NCBI GenBank assembly: GCA_040954595.2
Contig: CM082584.2
Span: 10,878,552-10,942,551, forward strand
Origin: Balanoglossus misakiensis
Taxonomy: Eukaryota > Animalia > Hemichordata
Direction: 5' to 3'
DNA: 64,000 nucleotides
The translations under genes were made by a program, and so were the position numbers. The notes beneath the pieces were generated by a model. The model was not told the origin of the DNA, searched no databases, and worked only from the letters and a program-made list of their open reading frames with translations. Positions 26,301 to 37,950 of this stretch are shown one piece after another (the stretch's first letter is position 1; every line of letters starts with the position of its first letter).

Positions 26301-28652
26301 ATCGATCGATAAAACAGACGAATCTCGTGACGCTTGAAATCCAAAAGATGCCAGGCATACTGTTCGTATGGGTTGGCAGAGAGACTAGATTTAAAGAAAT
26401 TACGCCGAAAAAAAGAAAGCCTAAACAAAACAGCAGTTCGTGTAAATTGTTTGGAGTGGATCTGATATCATGTGACGACAGCGTGACTGAAGGGCGAGAA
26501 GAAAGCGAAGCGTACATGTTCGATCAAGTTTGTTCGACCTCTACGAAATATGAAGTTGAACGACTCTCAGCGGGGGTGGAGCCTAAACCTCTCGCTGGAC
26601 TGTGCGAATGTCATTACTTATCGATACCGCTGCTGTTATATAGGCTTCACGCAACCAAATAATTTGAATTTACTATACTAGCTTTTTATGCGGTTTCAGA
26701 ATCTCTATCAATTTTGATAAAATTCCGCTCAGTAATTCTGGATTGCAGCAAAGTGTGTTAAATATGCAAATTAGAAACTGAATTATTAAGATTTTGCAAT
26801 CGATCACTCGAAAATCTGATTTTATTTTATTGAAATGTAGAGCAATGATTTTCACAAAAACGACAACTTATAAACGCGAGTCTGGATTTAAATTTCATTT
26901 TTTTTATCAGAAATAAACGGTGTTGATACGCTGTCCATAGGCTGAAAATAGACCTGAGTAATCATTATAGTATTTATATATGTATATGTAGTATTAAAAG
27001 GACGACTTCGATATTTATAACGCTATGATCGCTGTTGCTGGTTACAAGGATGCTTTGTATGTATTTTAATAAATACTCGCGTGATGTGAAACATGTTAGA
27101 GAGTCGGCATTAGTAGTTGTACGTACATTATATTTCCACTCGGTTCGTATTCTGGTGTAACTTAAGCGCCATCGCCTAGCCCTTGATAGTCGTATTGAAA
27201 CATTCATTGAACTAATTGAGTTGGAAACTTACAGGATCACATAGTACAGGGAATGCGGCTCGAATATCAGCTGAACTAATTTCACTACGTACAGCAAAAC
27301 ATCATTACACCAATAAGGAGGGGGGGGGGGTGCGTTTATCTAAAATAGACCCGGAGAAACATTTTCGAAACTTTCTATTGCACATTATGCTCGTGATTGT
27401 GAACCCTAGTTGTAGTGTAGTAGCTCGAAGTCTGTGTTTTGCGTCTAACACACAGAGCTAGGCAAATCCTCGAGCTTCTGTGAACCCTAGACAGGAAAAT
27501 TAAACAACGCTGTTGTTTTGAAAACAATAAACTGCAGCTATACTGCAACAAGTTAAATCATTATGGAGAATAGCCACGGCAGTAGATCATTACCTAAAAG
27601 CACAGAGAAACCACGCAACCACTGAAAACTTCGTTATCGCAGCGCGCCTAACAACTTCGCTTTTTTCAAAGATGCGAGAAGTTGAACAAACGCACGGAAA
27701 CAGGGTTAGATGGTGCACATTTGTATTAGTTGGCCTTTGAGGTGATTTGTTGTGTATACAGAACACCCATACTGCAGTTACCTTGGCAGCTGTTGCATGA
27801 TGAATAGCCAAGTATTTACAAAACAATAATTAAGCGAATTTATAGAAGTGGTCATTGCAACAACACACGCACATACATGCATATCCGAGCCTGATGGGCA
27901 TCGAATGGGAGGGACCACCACGTCAGTGGGAAGTTGCTTGCGTAAGGCTGAAGTTAAACTACTTTTTCACCGCCATTGGTGAATTTCTTCCCAACAGAAA
28001 AACAGTTGAGAACGCTCTTTACATTGTATATAGTTGTGTCGTATTTGCTCTTAAACATTTCTTGGTATGTTTTTGGACAAGTCTCAATGTAGACCTACTA
28101 AAATAGATGTTGTTGAACGCAACCTTACCTTATCAAATCCATTATAGCATATTCTATAGGGGTCTGGGGTTCGTCGTCCTCGGTGGGAGCAGCTGTAGGT
28201 TCGTCTTTCTTTCCCCATTTCCCGGGCTGGATTGCCATCACCATGATGATACCAATGATAACCGCCAGCACCGTGGTGCACAGGTAGTAAACAACGGCGT
28301 ACAGGCCTAGTTTTCCGGACACCTTTTTGTCCAGAGACGCCAGACTGGCGACCAAGCTGGACGTAATCAGCGGGATGACCATCATTTTCAGCATGCCCAT
28401 GAAAATGTCACCGGGGAAGCGAATGAAAGCAATCTGTTCGTCGGTCAGGTCCACTTGGTTGCCGATGGTGAAACCCAGCAGAAATCCGAGCAGGACCGAA
28501 GTCAGCAGCAGGGTGACCAGAATTTTGTCCGCGGTGACCCAGCCGCGAAATTTCTGCCAGCATGTTTTGGGCTGCGAGCCGTTGTTCTCCTCCATGGCTA
28601 TAGTTGAGAGGTCGATGTCGGAGCTGCGAGCCTGTCCGTTCTGCCGGTTCAT
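17395..28652 (-). CDS. Excitatory amino acid transporter (SLC1A/EAAT family), paralogue A, ~557 aa
   Basis: Exons 28652-28129, 21386-21344, 20736-20486, 19677-19441, 18940-18746, 17918-17784, 17683-17395 (1674 nt, in frame). Motifs [28 protein letters not shown] (HP1), [14 protein letters not shown] (TM7), [12 protein letters not shown] (HP2) and [12 protein letters not shown] (TM8). C-terminus STPL. An alternative start at MEENN (~28595) is possible. Confidence 0.95.
22480..22542 (-). mobile_element. Short dispersed repeat (MITE-like), copy 2, in EAAT-A intron 1
   Basis: Reverse complement ttaaccgtttcaccaccatggttcagtccaaacccattgttttctatggtaaggttggacctg matches the element starting at 5985. 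Confidence 0.5.
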
Positions 28653-29760
28653 AGTGCGGCGCGTCAGCAAGTGCAGTGGCTATAAATTGCGCGAGCAGAG
28701 AGTACTTTACAACCCACCAGGTCCAGCGTTTGTGATTCGCTGGGGGCCACACCAAGTTGGTATACTCAGTGCTTGCTATGGCTTTCCTCAAACATTGACA
28801 CAGTACGCGTAATTTATGAGACGGCCCCCTCTTCACATGGATATGTTTGCAGTGAGTGCGAGTTGACTGGGGAGAGGACTCGGTCACCGAGACTCCTGGA
28901 GAACGATGTGTGCGCAGTGTACACACCTGAAATAATATGCAAATCTACCAACGAAATATTATGTATGCGCCTCAGCTGCACTTCTTCGTATTAGCAATGA
29001 AGGGCGCTCTCATCACTTTTACAGGGAAGATCTGACTGCGCTGGGCTGGAATAGAATTACAAGAAGAGACAGGCCTGGAAACCGCTGATAAAACACCAGA
29101 TAACTAAACTCTCATTGGCGCTTCCCCATGAATGACGCACATTACGATAACGATATGTGATTTGGTGGCGGATGGAAGCCGAGTGGCTGGATGTTTGTAC
29201 ATATTAAAACGCTGATTCTGAGACTGTTCTCGCTTGAGACGTTTTAATAGGTGCAAAACATCACGTCTCACCCCAACAAACCCCACACTTACAAGGTCAC
29301 GAGTTGTCCATTTGACTGGCACGTAGGCCTTGTATTACTCTGCATTTAATGGCGACGCCAAAATGTGGTGACGCGTGTTACATCGACCGACTGCTGGCCG
29401 CGAAATGCGAAAAAGCCACGCCGAAATATTCCCAGAAACCAGAGGTCACAAGAAGTTTGTTGAATAATATGACGTTGGCATGTTTCGGTCTCCTATGGTG
29501 ACAGTCAAAATATTATCAAGACCAACAGTCGCAGTAGAATAGGGGTCTAAATATACACGAAAGACGAACACCACGGAGCAATAATATTTTCTTCTGTAAA
29601 TTCTCAGTGTGTCCCATTTAGTTATGCCTTTCATTAGAGCACAAATTGAGCTTATGTTTCAGAAGCTGTAGTTTCCCATAAATGATATTAGCCGGGGTTT
29701 TTTCTTCACGATACTTTGCTAAACTCCTTCCCTGACCATTGATTATATAATATTGGCAGC

Positions 29761-29898
<138 letters not shown>

Positions 29899-30775
29899 AC
29901 AAAAGGCATTCTTTCATTTTTATACAGTCTTTAACATGCGCAGATGACAATATTTGTGCAACCGGGCAGAGGTGTGATACAAAAAAAACGCATGCACGCG
30001 TGTGAGGGCGCTTTTCGCATGTGCATTCACTTTAAATGTACATATTGTACTAGACGTAACGGTAACATTCTTATATGCAAAGTCGGTCGAAGACATTTGA
30101 AAGTTTAAAAAACATAGAAATTGAAACAGAATCACAGTTCGTGAGTACGGGTAAGATTTATTAAATGAAAGGAGCAAATCCAATAAGATGTTAAAAACCT
30201 CCCGGAAATAAAGATTTAACTCCACTGATATTTCGGGAACGCAATATTACAATTTATTCTAAACCACTCGGTAGAGATTAGAAGTAAAAACTCTCTCGAA
30301 ATTAGAGCATGTTAAACACAATTGTTAGTTATAATTATCCGTTTCAAGAAACATTTTATAACTCGAATATGTAGATTCCACTTTTTATATATAAAAAAGG
30401 GAATTACTTTAGTGCTAGATTGTAATGATAGTACTGTTTGTCTATAGTACTAGACTGAGTTCCGTTTTAATTTCTCTAAATGTAAAGTTTATCGATCAGA
30501 TATTATATCTGATCTTCCAAGCAAAATTATGACAACGAGCGCCTAATTCATAACAGAGGACAAGACTGATGGCCAGTTCGTGTATCCATTCAGTCTGCAC
30601 AAACGTTGCTGCTTGGAATTTTTATGGTATTGAAGATCAAAACTGTATTGTATGATATGTCGGTTATATACTTTCATTAAAATTCGGAGAAATCGCAGTG
30701 TCAGAATCGTCAAATCAGTGGTATTCTGGAAGTCTACAACATCCGGGATAATAAGGGCCTATAGATAATTAAAAC

Positions 30776-30870
30776 GCGATTGGTTGTTGAAATCTTTACT
30801 GGGGGTAGCGATTGGTTGTTGAATCTTCACTGGGAGTAGCGATTGGTTGTTGAAATCTTCACTGGGGGTA
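30776..30870. repeat. 3 x 31-32-bp tandem repeat, each copy containing ATTGG (CCAAT box)
   Basis: gcgattggttgttgaa(a)tctt(t/c)actggg(g/a)gta at 30776-30807, 30808-30838 and 30839-30870. Confidence 0.9.
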
Positions 30871-31167
30871 GGCCCCCCATCTGTCTTTCGAATGCGGTGC
30901 GCACAGTTTTCGCGCACTGCTACACTCCGGGGCTACACTTTATCGAGTTCTAGGTAATTGAGATTCGTACATTAGATGTCACTAACCACCGTGACAGACG
31001 TTCGTGATTATCATATCTGACAGACAGCATGACTACAATATGAAACATTCTCTATGAAAGTGTATAAAGCTGATAATGTACATTGACATTGAGTTAAGGG
31101 GTACTTGGAGGGCTTCTCCTTTCTTCAGTTAACGTCGTAATGGTCCTGTACTTTGCCCTTGTAGTCT

Positions 31168-31321
31168 TAGACTCTCTCACAGCCCCTCTCGTCGTCCATG
31201 CAGGCTTATGGACTGATTGCATGCGTGACCGCAACACCATATGGGGCTTCTCCTTTGCTAAACAGTTGAGGGCGCATCAGTGAAGAGCCTTGTAGCGAAC
31301 CGTGGGCTGTGAGAGAGTCTA
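31168..31321. mobile_element. 154-bp non-autonomous DNA transposon (MITE) with 18-bp TIRs and a 9-bp TSD
   Basis: Perfect TIRs tagactctctcacagccc (31168-31185) and gggctgtgagagagtcta (31304-31321), flanked by the direct repeat ttgtagtct at 31159-31167 and 31322-31330. Confidence 0.9.
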
Positions 31322-31418
31322 TTGTAGTCTATACATAATGCGTGTATACCTTCAAAGATTGCAAAGAGTGTGAAGCAACAAACAGTCTACCAGTTCGGGT
31401 ATGCAATTACTGTGAAGC

Positions 31419-34400
31419 TTACAGAGGGGTATCGAAATGATCGTCATTTGTGTAGCCGTAGTTGTGTCTTGCTTTCTCGTCATAATAATCGCCAGCTTCA
31501 ATGGCGGCCAGTTCTTCGTCCCTTCCGTCCTCGTGTAGGTCATGTCTTGTGTAGCGATCAATGATGCCGGCTCCAGTCGAGTCTCCCAGTACATTGACAG
31601 CTGTACGGATACGATCACTATAAGTAATTAAAATTGGAGATCGTTATTGACAACCATAGGGATAACAATATCACTTTTAGAAGAATTACCAGTGACATGT
31701 CAAACGTATTACTTACATCAACCAATCAATGACTATGATCAGAGTGACGTCTTCAGCTGGCAAGCCAACGGAAGTCAGGACAAGCACCATGGTAACAAGA
31801 CCAGCTTCCGGTATTCCCGCTGCACCGATACTGGCCAGGGTGGCGGTGATACTGAAATGCACAAACGGCAAAATGGTAGGTGGCCGAAAATTCCGACAAT
31901 TGAGAAAATATTGCAAGTGGGGATAATATGACACTTTAATATGTGCATAGGTTAGTACCAAGGCAATAACAGTTCATCACGAACTTGGAATTGAACTCAA
32001 TAGCAGTGACCTGAGTTGCCATGGTTTGATAGAGCCATATACCCTCCTCTCTGTGGAAGGTCAAATGTTAATGCGCATACTCAATCGTACCTGATGGTGA
32101 TATACTGCCCAATGTCCAGGTCGTAGTTGTTCACTTGGGCAATAAAGATGGCGGCCACGGCTTCGTACAAGGCTGTACCATCCATGTTGATTGTCGCCCC
32201 AACGGGAAGCACAAATTGGGTAACTCGTTTGTCAACATGTAGTTTTTCTTCCAAACAGCGAATAGTCACTGGTAAAGTGGCAGAACTGCAAAACAGAATT
32301 GTTTTTCATTAGCCAATAAAAAGACAAGTGCCAATTCTCATAGCAGCTGTCTAAATACAACATGAGAATTTCAAGAGTGGGGCAAAGATACCAGGTAGCA
32401 AAAAACTTTTGAGACGAATTCCTGGCCGATGTAAACAAGGAAATGGGTCAAGATGTATTTATGGGTGTAATATGCAAAAGTCGATCAAAAGTCATTGCAA
32501 CATCGACTTATCGACCCATGTCAACTAAAACATACAAACCTGTACAGGCAAATCAAATATATCTTGAATAAAGACTAGCTTGCATAAAACAACAATAAAA
32601 TATGCCAATGAACAAATTTTTCAAATGCCACACCACGAGGTGGTCGGGTCCTTGAAAAGGGTTCACTGAACGTAGACAGCGAAAATCACACTTATATAAT
32701 ATCTTTACCTGGAGGCTGTCCCAAACGCAGTGAACAAGGCTGGCAAAACGCCAATGATGAACGTGATCGGATTCTTTCTCGCCAACACTAAGTACAGCAA
32801 CGGTAGGATGATTAAACCATGAATAAGTAAACCGGAGATTACGGTTACCATGTACATTCCTAGCTGACCACCAAGCACACTCCAGTCGTCCATTTCTAAA
32901 ACTCTTCCCATAATTAAAAACATGATACCAAACGGGGAATACCTGCAAATACAATCCAGAGAGATTTTATGTGAAGTGTGTGTGTGTGTGTGTGTGTGTG
33001 TCTGTGTGTCTGTGTGTCTGTATGTATGTATGTATGTATGTATGTATGTATGTATGTATGTATGTAGGTATGTATGTATGTATGTATGTATGTATGTATG
33101 TATGTATGTATGTATGTATGTATGTATGTATGTATGTATGTATGTATGTATGTATGTATGTATATTAATATTATTAGTGTTGTTTTGTTGTTGTTGTTGT
33201 TGGTACTAATTTAATTACAGCCACCACTTTTCTCTTACCACATCACAAGCCATACAATCCTCATGATGGCATCGTTCAGAGCGACAAAAAACCGGATGAG
33301 AATCACCCCTTTGCGTCCCATCTTGCTGATGGTGACTCCGAAAACGATGGCGAAGGTGATGAAGCCCAGAATGTTGGAGCCGCTGACGTAGCCACCAACT
33401 CCTTTGTAGACAACAGGTGGCTCGGAATCGTCTGAACCGTTCTTGGTGGTCATTATACCGGTCGTCATCATGGCGGTCATGTTCGATGGCTCTGCTGTTG
33501 CCATGGGTTCAGGATCCATGGGTACCAGATCTGTTCGATACTGTAAATGAATGAATGAATGAATGAATGAATGAATGAATGAATGAATGAATGAATGAAT
33601 GAATGAATGAATGAATGAATGAATGAATGAGTGAATGAATGAATGAATGAATGAAATACATTATTTGTATCTACATGTATTTATTTGATTTGATATATGC
33701 TCCTTAATTGAAATTAATGTAAGAGGGAGAATGTTTGCTATCACGTGACACCATGACCCTGTCCGGCACCCAATCCAAGTTGTGGTTTATTAATGGCATT
33801 CGCTGTGCTTATTCTAGCGCCAAGGTCATCGTCGTGCTCACACCGGCGATATGGGACAGTATACATACCTTCTCAAAGCAGGCAGCGACGAGATTTGGCG
33901 GGAATATGTTCCTAATGGATGAAAAGATAAAAAAAATTTATGGTCAGTTACATGTTAAGCCACGGTCCCTCTGCCGTTAAATTTCGGCACCTGGACAGAA
34001 TCAAAAGGGAGGAAGGCCTGGGGTTGGTGCAATTTGGGTTAAAAGTTCCCTCATCCATGCAGCAGACATTTTAATCATTCATGCGTACAATACATAATGG
34101 GTACAATAGGCGCATAGGAATTGGAGTCCACACGCGACTATTGATGACGGACACCGATGCTGCCATTCGTGACGTCAGCAGAAAAACGGGGTTTACTTGT
34201 CATTGCACCGCCGAAAACAATTTTTAGAAGTTGCTCTGATCGATCTGATTTGATTTATCATGCACTTTGATTTTCACAATCTGCGTACAGGTGTGTGTTT
34301 GGGGGGGGCGTATTGTACAAGGTAAAAGGAAATCATCAATCAGGACATCCTGTTTTTCGGATTATTCGTGGCCTCATTTTCCTCTGAGGTTCAAGGTTAA

Positions 34401-35868
34401 TCCGACCTATATCCTGCAAGTTTCAAGGTTAATCTGACCTCTATCCTGCGAGTTTCAAGGTTAGTCCGATCTCTACTTACAGAGAACCAAACACAAACGT
34501 CTATGAATATGGGAAGATTGCATAAATTTCGGGTTCTTGATCACAAAATGTGCCATGTAAAACTTTATTTCCCACAGTTCTGTACAGATGTTTGTTTTTC
34601 AAATGACGCGTAAAGTCACAAGAAGGACAGCGCGATGTCCCTCGGTCTCCTTTCGAACGCAGCTCAATCATTGGTTGTTTTGTGTTCTTGTCCCTGTCTG
34701 TTCCTTGCCTCGTTCTGGAAAGGTGCCCACCCATCACCTTTTGGTAACCTGCTGCTAATGACGGAACGACAAGAGATCGACCAATCACCGTGTTCGATGT
34801 ATGTGTTTATGACATGAATTTACGTCCTTCCTTTACATCTAATTGGACAACAAACAACAGTCACTCGTAAACAATGTGGGTTCACTTAAAGTCTTTACTT
34901 GTATAAATGTTTAAGCTACCTGTTAACATATTGACTCACACACCGGGGCTATAACCCGAAAATCCAATATACATTGCTGAATTAAAAAACATATCAGAGG
35001 AGACCGTTTGATTCAAGGACCGTTGACCAGGTAGAGAGAGAAACGGTGCAAAGCACAAGTACTTTTTAGTAGAACTGTCTCGAAAACGCCATGAACAAAC
35101 AATGTTTCAGCTATTTATGGAAACTAAGTGACCTTGAGTGCTTTGAAAAGTGACATAATGCATAAGAAAATGGACAGCAATCGATTGCTCGCTTTGTGTG
35201 GACCTTGTTGCACCTGAAAAAGCAGTCAAACTCGCCTGCTCCTTATTATTTATTCACGAAAGTTTATGTGCTTGTGTGATTGAATGTTAACCAACCGTTT
35301 CTAAGGATCATGCAGGACCACGCCCTACCTGGGCAAAATGATAATAGCGCTCATGGTGTACATACCTGATCAAATCCATGAAAGCGTCGTCAGCTTGCAC
35401 CTTTTTTGACGACCCAGCCCTCTCGACTTCGTCAGGGTTTCCTTGGCCAGGTTTGATGCTGACGACGAGTATTATTCCCAGGATGACCGCCACGATGGTC
35501 GTGCATATGTAGTAGAGCACGGTGCGGCCCCCGAGTCTGCCGGAATTCTTGGTATCCAGGACGGCCAGGCCGGCCGTCACACTGGTAAAAACCAGCGGCA
35601 GAATCAGCATCTTCAGCATGTTCAGAAAGATCACACCAGGGAAGGAGATGTAGGCGATTTCCTTGGCAGTGAACTCTCTATCCGAGTGCAACTTCAACAA
35701 GAAGCCGATCAGCAGCCCCAAGATCACGCCGCATATGATCATCAATAACAACAGGTTGTCCTTCAGCCATTTACAGAACTTTCCACAGCAAGAGTCTCCA
35801 GACGCGGTGTATTCTCTGCCCTCGGCGTACTTTATCGCCTTCTCGCTGCCCACGCCGCCGTTATCCAT
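31419..35868 (-). CDS. Excitatory amino acid transporter (SLC1A/EAAT family), paralogue B, ~536 aa
   Basis: Exons 35868-35366, 33911-33869, 33540-33239, 32942-32709, 32285-32091, 31851-31717, 31617-31419 (1611 nt, in frame). Motifs [52 protein letters not shown] and [17 protein letters not shown]-terminus DTPL. Intron positions and phases are the same as in paralogue A. Confidence 0.95.
32976..33163. repeat. Compound (TG)n-(TATG)n microsatellite in EAAT-B intron 3
   Basis: Directly visible; fills most of the 296-nt intron 32943-33238. Confidence 0.97.
33546..33655. repeat. (AATG)n microsatellite abutting the 3' splice site of EAAT-B exon 3
   Basis: About 27 AATG units. On the coding strand this reads (TTCA)n directly before tttacag. 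Confidence 0.97.
34390..34475. repeat. ~2.7 x 32-bp tandem repeat
   Basis: ttcaaggttaatc(c/t)gacct(a/c)tatcctgc(a/g)agt repeated within EAAT-B intron 1. Confidence 0.85.
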
Positions 35869-37950
35869 GTTTGAACCGTCGAGTCGACCCGTTACTTTGG
35901 CGATATCACACGGCTGTATCAACCAGGTTTCGATGTAAACCACCCCGCAAGTTTGAAAACTTTGCGATTTTGTGTGCGTCGCCTACAGGTTCGACACGTG
36001 CGGTAGCCGTTGATCCCCACCCGACAACAAACTGGACTCAAAATATGCCAGGCAAAGACATGCCAAATTTGGCACAGCGATTTCAATTGAATATGCAAAT
36101 AAGGGCACTTTCGTTGGTCGTCGTGGCTTACACTAATCAAACACTTGCACTTTGACTGCTGAACTTTGTTTCCAGTTTTGAGCTGTTGTCGCTGTGCATG
36201 GACATATTTGAACTGAGAGAAATAGGCCAAAAATTTCCCGCAATTTGATGTACAGCGTCAAGTAACAGTATTAGTGTTACTCCATCGTAAGACAATGAGA
36301 GGCGAATGCTTGACAGGTGTATCGTGGAGAGTGAGCGTTTACATGCAAATGTTCTCGGACGTTGCACCTGGCTCTGCAGTAATTCCTGACACGCTGTGTG
36401 TTATCCCATTTCAGTTCATAACAGTTCAAACTGTTAATTTGGCTTGGATCTTGCGCTATGAACATATTAATTTTTTTTTTCTGACTACAAAAGACGCCAT
36501 CAATGTATTTAGACCAGTGTGCGTTTTACTTGCCAGTCACGTTCTGGTGATACGTATTCAATGTTCGGGTCGTATAACCTATATAGATTCAGCACAAAGG
36601 ATAATGCCTATAGGGAACTATTTGGACAGGTATTTACTTTGCTTTAAATGCCCAGTCACCGAACAAAAAGGACAATGGACTCAAACAAAGGATGATTGTA
36701 CAAGCATGAGACTATTGTGATGTCAAAACGAACTCTGTATTGATGGGTGCCCGCTGAAATACAAAGATGGAATGAATTCAATAGAAAAACACATTTATTT
36801 ACCAGGTTTTTATAACCGTGTGCATGTATTCGGCAAAAAGCAGCATTCCAACGATTCATATTTTGGCAGTCGTACACTCCATCCTCAAGACAAGTCGTAG
36901 GGGGGGGGGTGCACTAATTCCACGACTTATCTTCTGCGCTTGCGCATTTTATTGTCGGTCGCTTCAGCAAATTCTCATGGCAACAATTGTTGTCTTTTTG
37001 TATTAAGGTCACGTGTACCTTTCAAGATCCTCTACCCTTGAGTACCATGACAACATTGATACGTTTCGATACTACACCAAAAAATACCTGTGACACAAAG
37101 TTTGTTCAGTTGCTTCTGGTGAAAAAAATGATTCCGATCGCCCATACATTCCTCTGTGCTTTCTCTCGTTTTTATTGTGAAATATAAATTAACGAGTAAC
37201 CGAACATCTGCTGTTTTCCCGCCATTAAGAAGTTCTCCCTATGTGTTATTTTCGTCACCATGAAAACTGTTCGTACAAAATTTAACGAACTTTTGAAAAA
37301 GTGTACATGTAATTAAAACAGGCTGTCCTCACACAAAAATGAAGAAACATTTCTGAATTATTCCTTTTTGTTTAATGATTACTACCAACACGATTTCTTG
37401 ATTTTTTATGGGTTATTTTATATTCTTTCGTTTCCGAGCTTTTAGATGTACTTTGATACACTGATGTGTGTGCACTGAGCAATGTAGACATGGTTGAAAT
37501 GATCTCTCGGTTCAAAGTCTCGGTTGGCCCTGCCCAGCTGTCACCGATGAGGGAAGATAACGCCAGAAAGAGAAATCGATAATTTGTCATTTCAATTTGT
37601 TCAAGCTCGTATGAAAACGAGTAGAGGTTGGCATGCGGTATGTTACCATGGTAATTGATGACCGCGATGTAAAAATGCTCCAAAAAGCAAAGGCTTAATT
37701 TGTTTGTTTTCTTTTTTCGAGTCGACTTTGCATCATCCACATTTCGTAGTGCAAGTCGGTTCCTGGCGCGAGGACGCGTTCGCTATACTCCACATCCTGG
37801 GCTATTTATGACATACATACATATCCAGTCTGCGCAGTGCCCCCCTCAGAGATTGACACACCTCAAATCACCAGTATCACTTGGAACAAAACTGTCAGCA
37901 ACGCTGTCTTGTGAACGTACTAGACTTGCTCGCTGTTCGTTAAAGTCGAC

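Noticed and set aside
32922-33209. (CMYV)n ORFs
   Set aside because: Translation of an intronic (TATG)n microsatellite.
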